DNA of 63,215 bases, counting the filler. It is 4 parts of 4 records of this genome, joined end to end, with 100 filler letters (N's around TTAATTAATTAA, not from the genome) between each part and the next. Parts side by side here need not be neighbours in the genome. Positions count along the whole stretch, not along the records: positions 1 to 23,939 come from SRR20825006_880; 3 more parts are not named here. One strand, written 5' to 3'. The notes below the pieces were generated by a model, which made no database searches, had not been told where the DNA came from, and saw only the letters and a program-made list of their open reading frames with translations. Shown here in pieces: positions 1 through 10,064 of the stretch. Within the stretch, counting starts at the first letter, position 1, and each line of letters begins with the position of its first letter. A program made the translations under genes and the position numbers.

Positions 1-706
1 GATCATGATGGGCAAACAGGACGTGATGTTTGCCGGTGGGGGCGAAGAATTGGATTGGACCCTGTCCTGTCTGTTTGATGCGATGGGAGCGATGTCGTCG
101 AAATTCAACGACACGCCAACCAAAGCTTCGCGTGCCTTTGATGCCAACCGCGATGGGTTCGTGATCTCCGGCGGCGGCGCGATTTTGGTGCTCGAAGAGT
201 TGGAACATGCCAAAGCGCGCGGCGCGAAAATCTATGCCGAAGTGACCGGCTTTGCCGCAACTTCTGATGGTGCGGACATGGTGGCCCCCTCTGGTGAGGG
301 CGGCGAACGCGCGATGCGCCTCGCGCTCTCAACCCTGCCTGAGGGTCGCAAAGTCGGCTATATCAACGCCCACGGCACATCGACCCCGGTCGGAGACGTT
401 GGCGAAGTCGAGGCCGTGCGTCGGGTGTTCGGCGAAGGTAATACGCCGGTGATTTCCTCGACCAAATCCATGACCGGCCACTCCCAAGGCGCCACCGGCG
501 CACAGGAAGCGGTCTATTGCCTCTTGGCGCTGCAACACGATTTCATCATCCCGTCGATCAACGTCGAAACGCTCGACCCCGCGATCCACGCCAATGAAAT
601 CGCCACAACTCTGGTGGAAAACGCAGGCCTTGATACCGTCATGACCAACTCCTTTGGCTTTGGTGGCACCAACGGGTCGATGTTGTTGTCGAAATACCGC
701 GACTGA
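1..706 (+). CDS. fabB: 3-oxoacyl-ACP synthase I, 5'-truncated
   Basis: KAS C-terminal motifs [30 protein letters not shown] and NSFGFGGTN; lies upstream of fabI; runs off the window start. Confidence 0.92.
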   Translation, partial: IMMGKQDVMFAGGGEELDWTLSCLFDAMGAMSSKFNDTPTKASRAFDANRDGFVISGGGAILVLEELEHAKARGAKIYAEVTGFAATSDGADMVAPSGEGGERAMRLALSTLPEGRKVGYINAHGTSTPVGDVGEVEAVRRVFGEGNTPVISSTKSMTGHSQGATGAQEAVYCLLALQHDFIIPSINVETLDPAIHANEIATTLVENAGLDTVMTNSFGFGGTNGSMLLSKYRD

Positions 707-729
707 TCTGGTTTTAGGGTATGATTTTG

Positions 730-760
730 AACGGCCACGTTTTACGAGCGTGGCCGTTTT
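730..760 (+). terminator. Intrinsic terminator after fabB
   Basis: Stem AACGGCCACG (730-739) / CGTGGCCGTT (749-758) followed by TT. Confidence 0.7.
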
Positions 761-825
761 GCTTTGAGCGCGGCTGGACTGAGAATTGCCAAGGTCGGCA
801 CTGAGTCCAACCTGCCGAACTGGGA

Positions 826-1158
826 CTATTCGTTGCGAACCAAAAGGATCACGCCTGCTGGGTCAGACGTCCAATGACCATTCACATCATCCAGCGGTTC
901 CAACTCGTCGCGGACTGGACTTCCTAATGTTTCGATAGCCTTGTCGGGATTGTCCGTGAAGAGTTCCAGCCAGATGTCCACTTGGCTCTGCTGTTCAACT
1001 CTATCTATCCATAAAGTCATATTACCAAAAGAAAAGCCGATGCTGTTCTTGAGTTCTTTAGTAACCTTCAGACCAACGCGGTCGCGGTAGTAGGCTACCG
1101 TTTCTTCCCACTTGTGGAGTGGCACTTTGATTGCAATGTTCTTGCCGGGTTCAATCAT
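826..1158 (-). CDS. VOC/glyoxalase-like small protein
   Basis: 110 aa with VOC-like pattern (NIAIKVP...YYRDRVGL...DPAGV); visibly more AT-rich than its neighbours. Confidence 0.7.
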   Translation of the reverse strand: MIEPGKNIAIKVPLHKWEETVAYYRDRVGLKVTKELKNSIGFSFGNMTLWIDRVEQQSQVDIWLELFTDNPDKAIETLGSPVRDELEPLDDVNGHWTSDPAGVILLVRNE

Positions 1159-1363
1159 AGATCAATCTTTCATGTTGGTCATGCCTTTGATTTCAGTGTA
1201 GCACATCCGATCAGGCTGGGGGTAATCGCAACGATAGCTTCGTGTGCACAGCCGCACTTGGGTCTCATTGCCGAAACGCCCACATCCCACAAACACCCTC
1301 AAAAACTTGACCTAGCGTCGCAAAACGGTCAAATACCGGCAAAGCAAAAAGGGCATTTCATCC

Positions 1364-2152
1364 ATGGCAGATCTTCTTAAAGGCAAACGCGGGCTTATCA
1401 TGGGCGTCGCCAACGAACGCTCCATCGCATGGGGCATCGCCAAAGCCTGTGCCGCTGAGGGCGCGGAACTTGCGTTTACCTATCAAGGCGAGGCCTTTGG
1501 CAAACGCTTGCAACCGCTGGCTGAAAGCGTTGGGTCCGACACGATGGTGGACGTGGACGTCACCAACCCGGAGCAAATGGACGAGGCTTTCGCGGCGCTC
1601 AAAGCCAAATGGGGCAGCCTTGATTTTGTCGTGCACGCCATCGCCTATTCCAACAAAGACGAACTCACTGGCCGGTTCCGCGACACCTCTGTGGAGAATT
1701 TCAAAAACTCGCTGCATATCTCGTGTTACAGCTTTATCGACGTTGCCAAACGCGCCTCTGAAATGATGCCCAATGGTGGCACATTGATGACGCTGACCTT
1801 TGAAGGCTCCAACAAGGTTGTGCCCAATTACAATGTGATGGGCGTGGCGAAAGCGGCGCTCGAAAGCTCGATCCGCTACCTTGCCAATGACCTCGGCCCC
1901 GAAGGCATCCGCGTCAACGGCATCTCGCCGGGTCCGATGAAAACGCTGGCAGGCTCTGCCATTGGCGGCGCGCGCCGGACCTATAAACACGCCGAACAAA
2001 ACGCGCCGCTGTTGTCGAATGCAACGCTTGAGGCCGTGGGCGGCACCGCCGTCTACCTCGCCTCCGATGTGGGCGCGTATACAACCGGTGAAATCATCCG
2101 CGTTGATGGCGGCTATCACATCATGGGCATGCCCCGGATTGAAAATCTCTGA
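1364..2152 (+). CDS. fabI: Enoyl-ACP reductase (NADH)
   Basis: GKRGLIMGVANERSIAWGIA and YNVMGVAKAALE (YxxMxxxK) motifs. Confidence 0.95.
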   Translation: MADLLKGKRGLIMGVANERSIAWGIAKACAAEGAELAFTYQGEAFGKRLQPLAESVGSDTMVDVDVTNPEQMDEAFAALKAKWGSLDFVVHAIAYSNKDELTGRFRDTSVENFKNSLHISCYSFIDVAKRASEMMPNGGTLMTLTFEGSNKVVPNYNVMGVAKAALESSIRYLANDLGPEGIRVNGISPGPMKTLAGSAIGGARRTYKHAEQNAPLLSNATLEAVGGTAVYLASDVGAYTTGEIIRVDGGYHIMGMPRIENL

Positions 2153-2176
2153 TCCGATCCAGATTGCCACAGCTCC

Positions 2177-2206
2177 AAGCCCCGCCCCCGTGCGGGGCTT
2201 TTCTTT
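2177..2206 (+). terminator. Intrinsic terminator after fabI
   Basis: Stem AAGCCCCGC / GCGGGGCTT followed by TTCTTT. Confidence 0.75.
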
Positions 2207-2302
2207 GAGTATTTGTATCATGGTAAAGACACGGATGTGACGCGACGTCTCACCTGACAGGCCGCACGGCTGATGTAGCCTCTCCGCGAGGGAGAGAGCG
2301 AC

Positions 2303-3880
2303 ATGTTTGATTATATCATTGTCGGCGCGGGGTCTGCGGGATGCGTTTTGGCCAATCGCCTGTCGGACGATCCAAGCAAGCGGGTTTGTTTGATCGAAGC
2401 CGGGGGCAAGGATCGCTCGCCCCTCATTCACATTCCTTTGGGGTTGGCGGTTTTGGCGCACCTCAAAGGCTATAATTGGAATGATCACACCGCCCCCGAC
2501 CCAAACCTGAACCACCGCCGCCTGTTCTGGCCGCGCGGACGGGTTTTGGGCGGGTCGTCTTCGATCAATGCGATGATCTATATGCGTGGCCACCCGGAGG
2601 ATTACCAGGCTTGGGCGCGAGCGGCAGGTGCGGCGTGGGATTGGCCGCGCGCCTTTGAGCTGTTCAAGCGCTTGGAAGGCAATACACAGATTTCGGACGC
2701 GTATCATGGCACCGACGGCCCTCTGTCCGTCTCCGATCTGCGCAGTCCAAACCCGCTGTCGCATGCCTTTGTGCGCGCCGGTGTTGAGGCGGGATTGACA
2801 GAGCGGCGCGATTTTAATGGCGCGGATCAGGAGGGCGTGGGCCTGTTCCAAGTCACTCAGAAAGACGGCAAACGGTTCTCAGCGGCGCGGGCATTTTTGG
2901 ACCCGGTGCGCCACCGGCCCAATTTAACGATCTTGACCGGGGAACAGGTCTCGCGGGTGCTGTTCAAGGGTACAGAGGCCCATGGCGTTGCGCTGCGGGA
3001 TCGTGAGATTGTGCTCGATCCCGGCGGCGAGGTGATCCTCAGTGCCGGGGCGATCAAGTCACCGCATCTGTTGATGTTGTCTGGCATCGGGCCGGGCGAG
3101 ATGTTGCGCGCGCAGGGGATCGAAGTGCGGCATGATGCGCCCGAGGTGGGCGAAAATCTGGCCGATCATCTCGACATCACCGTGATGTCCGCCGCCCGCA
3201 ATCGCCTGCCGATTGGCATTGCGCCCACCTACCTGCCCCGCGCCCTACGCGCCGCTTGGGACTTTGCCCGCAGACGTCGCGGGGAACTGACCTCGAATGT
3301 CGCCGAAGCCGGGGGATTCGTGCGTTCGGGTCCCGATCAGCCGCGCCCCAACCTGCAATTTCATTTCATCCCGGCCTATCTGCGCGATCATGGGCGCAAG
3401 ACCTCCTTTGGCTACGGCATGACGTTGCATGTCTGCGACCTTTTGCCAAAATCGCGTGGGCGGATCACTTTGGCCTCCAATGATCCAAGGGCCGCGCCGA
3501 TGATTGAAGCGGGCTATCTGAGTCACCCCGAGGATGTGGTAACGCTTTTATCCGGCCTCAAAATCGCCCGCTCGGTGATGGCCGCGCCCGCCCTCGCATG
3601 CCATATCGCATCCGAGGTTCTACCTGGTGCGTCTCTGCAAAGCGACGAAGCGCTCATCGCGGATATGCGTGCCCGCTCAGAGACGATCTATCACCCGGTC
3701 GGCACCTGTCGCATGGGGATGGACGAAAACTCCGTGGTAGACCCACAAGGGCGGGTGCGCGGCGTATCTGGGCTGCGTGTGGTGGATGCCTCGATCATGC
3801 CGCAGATCATCGCGGGCAACACCAATGCGCCCACGATGATGATCGCAGAAAACGTGGCGGACATGATACTTCGGCCTTGA
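2303..3880 (+). CDS. GMC-family FAD oxidoreductase (choline/alcohol dehydrogenase-like)
   Basis: DYIIVGAGSAG, RGRVLGGSSSIN, HPVGTCRMG, LRVVDASIMP and GNTNAP motifs. Confidence 0.93.
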   Translation: MFDYIIVGAGSAGCVLANRLSDDPSKRVCLIEAGGKDRSPLIHIPLGLAVLAHLKGYNWNDHTAPDPNLNHRRLFWPRGRVLGGSSSINAMIYMRGHPEDYQAWARAAGAAWDWPRAFELFKRLEGNTQISDAYHGTDGPLSVSDLRSPNPLSHAFVRAGVEAGLTERRDFNGADQEGVGLFQVTQKDGKRFSAARAFLDPVRHRPNLTILTGEQVSRVLFKGTEAHGVALRDREIVLDPGGEVILSAGAIKSPHLLMLSGIGPGEMLRAQGIEVRHDAPEVGENLADHLDITVMSAARNRLPIGIAPTYLPRALRAAWDFARRRRGELTSNVAEAGGFVRSGPDQPRPNLQFHFIPAYLRDHGRKTSFGYGMTLHVCDLLPKSRGRITLASNDPRAAPMIEAGYLSHPEDVVTLLSGLKIARSVMAAPALACHIASEVLPGASLQSDEALIADMRARSETIYHPVGTCRMGMDENSVVDPQGRVRGVSGLRVVDASIMPQIIAGNTNAPTMMIAENVADMILRP

Positions 3881-3884
3881 TCCT

Positions 3885-4517
3885 TTAGTGACACCCCCCC
3901 GTGCCACAACCACTACAATCCTCGCAGGCACGGGCTTTGCCTTTCATTTCAATGAATTTTTCGTCCCAAGCCTCGCCATCACCGAACTCCAAAAAATTCT
4001 GATATTGCTCGTGACGATCGGGCAGATGGCTGGCGTGTTTGATCGGGCACCAGTAATATTCGGTGCGCCCGGCGACTTCTCGGACATAGGCCAAAAGCCC
4101 GTTGCCATAGCCGCAATAAACGCAATTGAGCTTTTGCATAAAGTTCAGATAGGTCAGTTTGTGCCGGTCCACGGCGATGTATTTTTTGCGTTCAACTTTT
4201 GGCAAGCCATAGATCGGGAAACAGATCGCCTGATAGACGGTGACGAAGAGATCAAGGATCACGAAGGGCACGATCAAACTGTAGATGATCGGGGCGGTGA
4301 TCACCTCCCAAGGGCGGGCGCGGCGGATAAACACCGACAAGCGCACCCGCAAAAGCCGACCGCGTTTGCGCGCCTCTTCCTCAAACACCACCCGCCCGTT
4401 GGTCAGACGATACTGAAACTTTTCACGCGCCGCCAAGGCATCCCGTTCCAATTGATCCTGAAGTTGCCGCAGGGAGTCGCGGAGTTTCTCAACCGTGCTG
4501 TTCATCATTATCTCCAA
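3885..4517 (-). CDS. Hypothetical membrane protein with Cys motifs
   Basis: 210-aa ORF: coiled-coil-like N-terminus, one hydrophobic segment, LNCVYCGY, YWCPIKH and C-terminal CEDCSGCGTGGCH. Confidence 0.7.
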   Translation of the reverse strand: MEIMMNSTVEKLRDSLRQLQDQLERDALAAREKFQYRLTNGRVVFEEEARKRGRLLRVRLSVFIRRARPWEVITAPIIYSLIVPFVILDLFVTVYQAICFPIYGLPKVERKKYIAVDRHKLTYLNFMQKLNCVYCGYGNGLLAYVREVAGRTEYYWCPIKHASHLPDRHEQYQNFLEFGDGEAWDEKFIEMKGKARACEDCSGCGTGGCH

Positions 4518-4760
4518 ACAGGGGCACCCAAGCTATAGACTTAGCAGGCGGAACGGACAAATCATCCCCTGTTCTGAAATTTTGCATTTTCATGGATTTT
4601 TTGACGAATTTGAAAGCATTTTTAAACGTTTTCATTTCAGAAACACAGTGTTGAACGTTGAGTTATCCCCAACCAAACCTGCCATCTGCCACAGTGTCGC
4701 CATATTTCCGCCCCATCAAAAACCCAAAGACCAACGCCAAAGGGCCCGCCTCACATCGCT

Positions 4761-5540
4761 ATGACATTCCTTTTCCTCGCCATCCTTTTGGGGATATTTT
4801 CCCTGCCTCTGCTCAAAGGGGTGTCACCCAATCAGGGCCGGATGACCACAAGCGGGTTTGATGGCACGGGCGTTGTGATTGGATTTGCATTCACCGTCGC
4901 GGTCGCGGCACTGACCTCGCCTTTGCTTGGCATTGGCTTTGTCTTTGCCGCTCTGTTGCATGAGTTGGGGTCCGCACTGGCCTGTCGGATCATCGGCCAT
5001 GAGGTGGCGCGGGTGCGGCTGATCCCCCTGCCCTTTGTGGCAGCACCTCGCTCGGATCGCCCCTTTGATCACGCGCTTGAGGAAAGCTTTGCCGCGCTCT
5101 ATGCCCCTGCCTTGGCGATTGTGCCGATGATCCTCGCCTTTGGCCTGTTTCACAGCTTTGCCTTGGCCGCCCCCCTCTTTGCCGATGTCATGCGCAGCAC
5201 CGCAATCATGTTGGGCACGTTCAATTTCATCATGCTTTTGCCCTTCCTGCCCTTTGGTGGCGGTCGGGTTGTGCGCGCGGTTTCAGATGCGTTTTGGCCG
5301 CGTCTCGGGCGTGTCATCACACTGTTCATGACCGCCGCCTTTGCCTCGGCGGCTCTGCGCGATCACTCGGTGGCGATGATGATTCTCGCCGCCGCGGGCG
5401 TGCAAAGCCTGTTCCACATCCGCCGCCCCAACCAAAGCCGCCTGACGCCAAATCAGGCGCTTTTGGTGATGGCAAGCTATGCCTTTACCCTGACCGTGCA
5501 TTTCACCGGCGGGTTCTGGCTTTTGACCGGATTGCTCTGA
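4761..5540 (+). CDS. Site-2 protease (M50)-like membrane protein with degenerate active site
   Basis: Multi-TM protein; LLHELGSALA in place of HExxH and MLLPFLPFGGG in place of NxxPxxxLDGG. Confidence 0.65.
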   Translation: MTFLFLAILLGIFSLPLLKGVSPNQGRMTTSGFDGTGVVIGFAFTVAVAALTSPLLGIGFVFAALLHELGSALACRIIGHEVARVRLIPLPFVAAPRSDRPFDHALEESFAALYAPALAIVPMILAFGLFHSFALAAPLFADVMRSTAIMLGTFNFIMLLPFLPFGGGRVVRAVSDAFWPRLGRVITLFMTAAFASAALRDHSVAMMILAAAGVQSLFHIRRPNQSRLTPNQALLVMASYAFTLTVHFTGGFWLLTGLL

Positions 5541-5611
5541 AACCCGCACCATCTCCTCTTTCCTCAGGGCACGCTCCGTGACAGTCTGAGCCGACGACAA
5601 GGGAGGCTCAT

Positions 5612-6301
5612 GTGACCATCACCACCTGTATTTTCGACGCCTATGGCACGTTGTTCGATGTCACCTCCGCCGCCCAGCGCGCCGCGCATGACCCCGAGTT
5701 TTCGCGCCTTGCGCAACTGTGGCCCCAACTGGCGCAGGATTGGCGCGCCAAGCAGTTGGAATACAGTTGGCTGCGCGTAATCATGGGGGATCACACGCCG
5801 TTTTGGACCGTCACCATGGATGCGCTCGATTGGGCGCTGGCGCGTGCAGGCCTTGAGGATGATCCGCCGTTGCGGGCGCGATTGTTACAGCTTTATCAGG
5901 AACTGAGCGCCTACCCAGAGGTACCCATCATGCTGCAAACTCTGAAAGACAAAGGATTTTCCACCGCGATCCTGTCGAACGGCTCGCATGACATGCTCGA
6001 TGCCGCGGTGTCATCGGCGGGGCTAGACCGCCTGTTGGACGATGTGCTCTCAGTCGACACGGTCGGCATCTTCAAGCCTTCCGATCAGGTGTATCAAATG
6101 GTCCCGGATCGGTTCCAATGCGCCCGCGACGAGGTGTTGTTTGTCTCCTCCAATGGCTGGGACATCGCCGGGGCGGCACGGTTTGGCTTTGTCACCGCCT
6201 GGGTGAACCGCGCGGCCCTGCCCGTCGACCGGATGCCCGGACAGCCCGCTCATATCCTCTCTGATCTGACCCAAATCCCGGAGATCGCCGCCCATGCCTG
6301 A
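5612..6301 (+). CDS. Haloacid dehalogenase type II
   Basis: IFDAYGTLFDV, WRAKQLEYSW, ILSNG, FKP and FVSSNGWD motifs. Confidence 0.92.
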   Translation: MTITTCIFDAYGTLFDVTSAAQRAAHDPEFSRLAQLWPQLAQDWRAKQLEYSWLRVIMGDHTPFWTVTMDALDWALARAGLEDDPPLRARLLQLYQELSAYPEVPIMLQTLKDKGFSTAILSNGSHDMLDAAVSSAGLDRLLDDVLSVDTVGIFKPSDQVYQMVPDRFQCARDEVLFVSSNGWDIAGAARFGFVTAWVNRAALPVDRMPGQPAHILSDLTQIPEIAAHA

Positions 6302-7133
6302 GACCTTCAAAACCTCCGATGGTCTATCGTTGGCCTATGACGTTCAGGGCAAAGGCCCCGCCCTGTTGTGCCTCGCGGGACTGACCCGCAACATGGATGA
6401 TTTCGAACCTGTGGTGGCGCATTTTGCAAACCGGGCCACGATCATTCGCGTTGATAGTCGCGGGCGCGGGGCGTCGGAGTATGACCCGAATGTCCTCAAT
6501 TACACGCTACCGCAAGAGGGTGCGGATGCGCTGACCCTTTTGGATCATCTGGGGCTGGACCGCGCGGCCATTCTGGGCACCTCGCGCGGCGGGTTGATTG
6601 CCATGGTCTTGGCGATCAGCGCCAAACATCGGCTCTCAGGCGTGTTGCTTAATGACATCGGGCCAGAGATGGATCCGCGCGGGCTGAGCCACATCATGGA
6701 CTATCTCGGTCGCCGCCCGGCCTACCGTTCGTTTGAAGATGCCGCCGACAAATTGCCCCGCGCTTTGGGAGATCAATTCCGCAATGTCAGCCGGGATCAA
6801 TGGCTAAGCTATGCGCGGCGGATTTGGACCGAGGGCGAGGAGCGGCTTGAGTTGCGCTATGACCCCAAGCTCAGGGAGGCAATAGAGGCGCAAAGCGTGA
6901 CCGGGGCCGTACCCGATCTTTGGCCTTTGTTCGAGGCGCTTGACGGGCTGCCCTTGGCGCTGTTGCGGGGTGAAAACTCCACGCTTTTGCCCCGCGCCTG
7001 TATGGACAAGATGTGCGCACGCCGTCCGGATATGATCTGCGCCGAAGTCAAGGATCGCGGCCATGTGCCGTTTTTGGATGAGCCTGAAAGCCTTGATGTG
7101 ATCGCGCGATTTTTGACCCGCCTCCCCCATTGA
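6294..7133 (+). CDS. Alpha/beta hydrolase
   Basis: GLTRN oxyanion region, GTSRGG nucleophile elbow, catalytic His in RGHVP. Confidence 0.88.
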   Translation: MPETFKTSDGLSLAYDVQGKGPALLCLAGLTRNMDDFEPVVAHFANRATIIRVDSRGRGASEYDPNVLNYTLPQEGADALTLLDHLGLDRAAILGTSRGGLIAMVLAISAKHRLSGVLLNDIGPEMDPRGLSHIMDYLGRRPAYRSFEDAADKLPRALGDQFRNVSRDQWLSYARRIWTEGEERLELRYDPKLREAIEAQSVTGAVPDLWPLFEALDGLPLALLRGENSTLLPRACMDKMCARRPDMICAEVKDRGHVPFLDEPESLDVIARFLTRLPH

Positions 7134-7186
7134 GACCCACCGCCCCGCCCTCTATGATCTGCCCGCACCCCTAAAGGAGCGATCAG

Positions 7187-7972
7187 ATGCGGGTTGATCT
7201 CGGCGACATTACTCTCAACGTGGAAGACGACGGGCCGCGCAGTGGCCCGCCCATCGTGTTCTGTCATGCCTTGGGCACCCATTTGCACCTGTGGGATGAC
7301 GTCCTGCCGCTTGTGCCCACAGGTCTGCGGATCATCCGCTATGATCTGCGCGGGCATGGGACCTCTGACGTGCCGAAAGGCCCCTATTCGATGGGCGCTT
7401 TGGTGCGCGACGCCGAACGGTTGCTGGATCATTTGGCGGTGCGTGATGCGGTGTTTGTCGGCATTTCCATCGGCGGGTTGATCGCGCAGGGCCTGGCGGT
7501 CAAACGGCTGGATCAGATTCGTGCGCTGGTGCTGTCCAACACGGCGGCCAAAATCGGTACCCGCTCGGTCTGGGACAAACGCATCGCCGCGATTGAGGCA
7601 CATGGGCTTGAAAGCATCGTCGCGCCCACGCTTGAACGATGGTTCGCCCCCGGATTTCGCAAAACCGAGGTGGCCAAACGCTGGGGCCAGTCGATTTTGG
7701 ACACCTCTGTGGAGGGCTATTTGGGGTGCTGTGCCGCGATCGCGGGCACGGATTTTTATACGCCGACCTCGGGCTTACGTCTGTCGTGTTTGGGCATTGG
7801 CGGCGGCTATGACGGATCGACCCCCGCCGATTTGATGCGCGAAACTTTGGATGTCATCCCCGGCGCGCGGTTTGAATTGCTGCGGCGTTCCGGGCATTTG
7901 CCGCCCGTGGATGCGCCCGAGGCCTTTGCCGCGCTTTTGACGAGATTCTTACAGGAGATCGGCCATGTCTGA
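7187..7972 (+). CDS. pcaD: 3-oxoadipate enol-lactonase-like hydrolase
   Basis: HALGT, RYDLRGHG, GISIGG, LSNTAAKIG and ERWF motifs; no other pca genes nearby, so the substrate is uncertain. Confidence 0.75.
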   Translation: MRVDLGDITLNVEDDGPRSGPPIVFCHALGTHLHLWDDVLPLVPTGLRIIRYDLRGHGTSDVPKGPYSMGALVRDAERLLDHLAVRDAVFVGISIGGLIAQGLAVKRLDQIRALVLSNTAAKIGTRSVWDKRIAAIEAHGLESIVAPTLERWFAPGFRKTEVAKRWGQSILDTSVEGYLGCCAAIAGTDFYTPTSGLRLSCLGIGGGYDGSTPADLMRETLDVIPGARFELLRRSGHLPPVDAPEAFAALLTRFLQEIGHV

Positions 7973-8711
7973 GCTGGGCACGTCTGATCCGGTCTTTCTT
8001 TTGGTCCACGGCTCCGCCCATGGCGCATGGTGTTGGCGCGATCTGGTCCCGGCGCTCGGCGCGCGCGGGGCCACGGCTCACGCGATGGACCTGCCCTCTC
8101 ATGGCGATGATCCCACGCCCTATACCGAGGTGACGCTTGATCTCTACCGCGATGCGATCCTCCATAAGATCTCCGAGATCGGCGCGCCGGTGATCCTAGT
8201 CGGCCATTCCGCCGGTGGCTATGCGATCACCGCCGCCGCCGAGGCGGCGCCCGAACGCATCGCGCAGTTGATCTATGTGTGTGCCTATGTGCCCGAGGAT
8301 GGCAAAAGCCTTGGTGACATGCGCCGCAGTGCCCGTGCTCATCCGGTGTTGGCCGCGATTGCAAAAACCCCGGACGGCAAGGCTTTCACCTTTCGCGCTG
8401 ACACCGTCGAGGCGACGCTGTTTCACGATTGCCCGGCTCAGGCCGTGGCCTATGCCCTGCCGCGTCTGGGGCCACAGGCGATCCGCCCGCAAGAAACGCC
8501 CCTGACGATCACCGCGCGCTCCACCACCCTGCCGCGCGATTATGTGCTTTGCACAGATGACCGCACCATCCCGCCAGAAGAGCAGGAAAAAATGGTGAAA
8601 GACTGGCCTGAGGACCATGTGCATCGCCTCATGTCGGGACATTCGCCCTATTTCTCTCACCCGGACAGCTTGGCGGATTTACTCATCAAGGCTGTGCGCA
8701 AAGACGGATAG
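7965..8711 (+). CDS. Alpha/beta hydrolase (SABP2/methylesterase-like)
   Basis: LVHGSAHGAWCW, GHSAGG and SGHSPYFS motifs. Confidence 0.85.
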   Translation: MSELGTSDPVFLLVHGSAHGAWCWRDLVPALGARGATAHAMDLPSHGDDPTPYTEVTLDLYRDAILHKISEIGAPVILVGHSAGGYAITAAAEAAPERIAQLIYVCAYVPEDGKSLGDMRRSARAHPVLAAIAKTPDGKAFTFRADTVEATLFHDCPAQAVAYALPRLGPQAIRPQETPLTITARSTTLPRDYVLCTDDRTIPPEEQEKMVKDWPEDHVHRLMSGHSPYFSHPDSLADLLIKAVRKDG

Positions 8712-8763
8712 ACAGCGGCGGCTTGTGCGGTCAGAAAGGCGCAGTCTGTGTCAGGGGCCCGTC

Positions 8764-9975
8764 ATGTTGCGTCAACTTCCGATCTTGTTCATCGTGTTCA
8801 CCGTCTTGATCGACGGCATCGGCATTGGCCTGATCTTTCCGGTCATGCCCGATCTGATCCGTGATGTGACCGGGCGCACCTTGGCCGATGCGGCGCTTTG
8901 GGGCGGGGTTTTGGCCACGGGTTATGCGGTGATGCAGTTTCTGTTTGGGCCGATTGTGGGCAATCTGTCGGATCGCTTTGGCCGTAGGCCTGTTCTGATC
9001 TCAGCACTGTTCGTGATGATGCTCGATTATCTGGTGATGGCGGTGGCACACACGATTTGGCTGTTGCTGATCGGGCGGTTGATCGCCGGATTGACTGCGG
9101 CGACCCATGCCACCGCCGCCGCCTATATGGCCGATATTTCCGCGCCTGAAGATCGCGAAAAACGCTTTGGTCTTGTCCATGCGGCGATGGGCGTTGGCTT
9201 TGCTGTCGGGCCGATGATTGGTGGGCTTTTGGCCGGAATTGATACGCGCGCCCCGTTTTATGCGGCGGCGGGCATCGCCGGGCTCAACATGGTCTTTGGC
9301 CTTTTGGTCATGCCCGAAAGCCTGACCCGCGACAAACGTCGGCCGTTTCACTGGACCCGCGCCAATCCCTTTGCCGCCTTTCGCGCCATTGGATCACTGT
9401 CCGGGGTTAAGCCGCTTTTGCTGGTCTTTGGCCTCTATGAAATGGCCTATTTTGTCTATCCGGCGATCTGGTCGTTTTATGGCGTTGAAAAATTCGGCTT
9501 TGACGCCCGGATGATTGGCCTGACCCTCTTTGCCTTTGGCCTCTCCATGGGTCTGGCGCAATCGGTGTTGATCGGACCGCTCGTGAGCCGCTTTGGGGCG
9601 TATCGCGTCACCATGGGCGGCATTTTGGCCGACATCGTTGTGTTTGCCACCTTGGGCGTGACCAGTAGCGTGCCGCTGGTGTGGATCGTCACCGTGCTGT
9701 CGGGGATTTCCTCGGTCACCATTCCTGCCCTGCAAGGCACGATGAGCCGCGCCACGCCCGACACGCAACAAGGCGAATTACAGGGCGTGATCGGCTCCAT
9801 CGCCGCCATGGCGACCATCCTCAGCCCCTTGATCATGACCGAAACCTTCGCAGTCTTTTCACGCCCCGGCACGGCACATTACCTGCCCGGCGCGCCGTTT
9901 TTGTTGTCGATGGCAATCGTCATCGTGGCCGGGGTCGTGCTGTGGCGCTGGCGGGTGCGGCAAGATGCGGCGTGA
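8764..9975 (+). CDS. TCR/Tet family MFS efflux transporter
   Basis: GNLSDRFGRRPV motif A, about 12 TM segments, QQGELQG; ATG at 8764. Confidence 0.9.
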   Translation: MLRQLPILFIVFTVLIDGIGIGLIFPVMPDLIRDVTGRTLADAALWGGVLATGYAVMQFLFGPIVGNLSDRFGRRPVLISALFVMMLDYLVMAVAHTIWLLLIGRLIAGLTAATHATAAAYMADISAPEDREKRFGLVHAAMGVGFAVGPMIGGLLAGIDTRAPFYAAAGIAGLNMVFGLLVMPESLTRDKRRPFHWTRANPFAAFRAIGSLSGVKPLLLVFGLYEMAYFVYPAIWSFYGVEKFGFDARMIGLTLFAFGLSMGLAQSVLIGPLVSRFGAYRVTMGGILADIVVFATLGVTSSVPLVWIVTVLSGISSVTIPALQGTMSRATPDTQQGELQGVIGSIAAMATILSPLIMTETFAVFSRPGTAHYLPGAPFLLSMAIVIVAGVVLWRWRVRQDAA

Positions 9976-10064
9976 GCCAAAGCCCGCTTGGGGATTACTC
10001 TCAGCGTGCAAGACCTGACAAAATGCCGATTTTCTGCTAGGCTTTTCGTCCAAGAGGAGGACTT

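Noticed and set aside
690..1340. AAATACCG shared by the fabB 3' end and the fabI upstream region as a target-site duplication
   Set aside because: An 8-bp match is too short to distinguish from chance
1358..2851. 497-aa minus-strand ORF, and similar long antisense ORFs (10346-11413, 20359-21384, 22076-23311)
   Set aside because: Shadow ORFs opposite well-supported genes in GC-rich DNA, with no family motifs
5612..9975. Hydrolase cluster plus Tet-type MFS as a xenobiotic degradation or tetracycline resistance island
   Set aside because: Composition matches the host; no tetR, mobility genes or ring-cleavage genes; these families are common chromosomal genes
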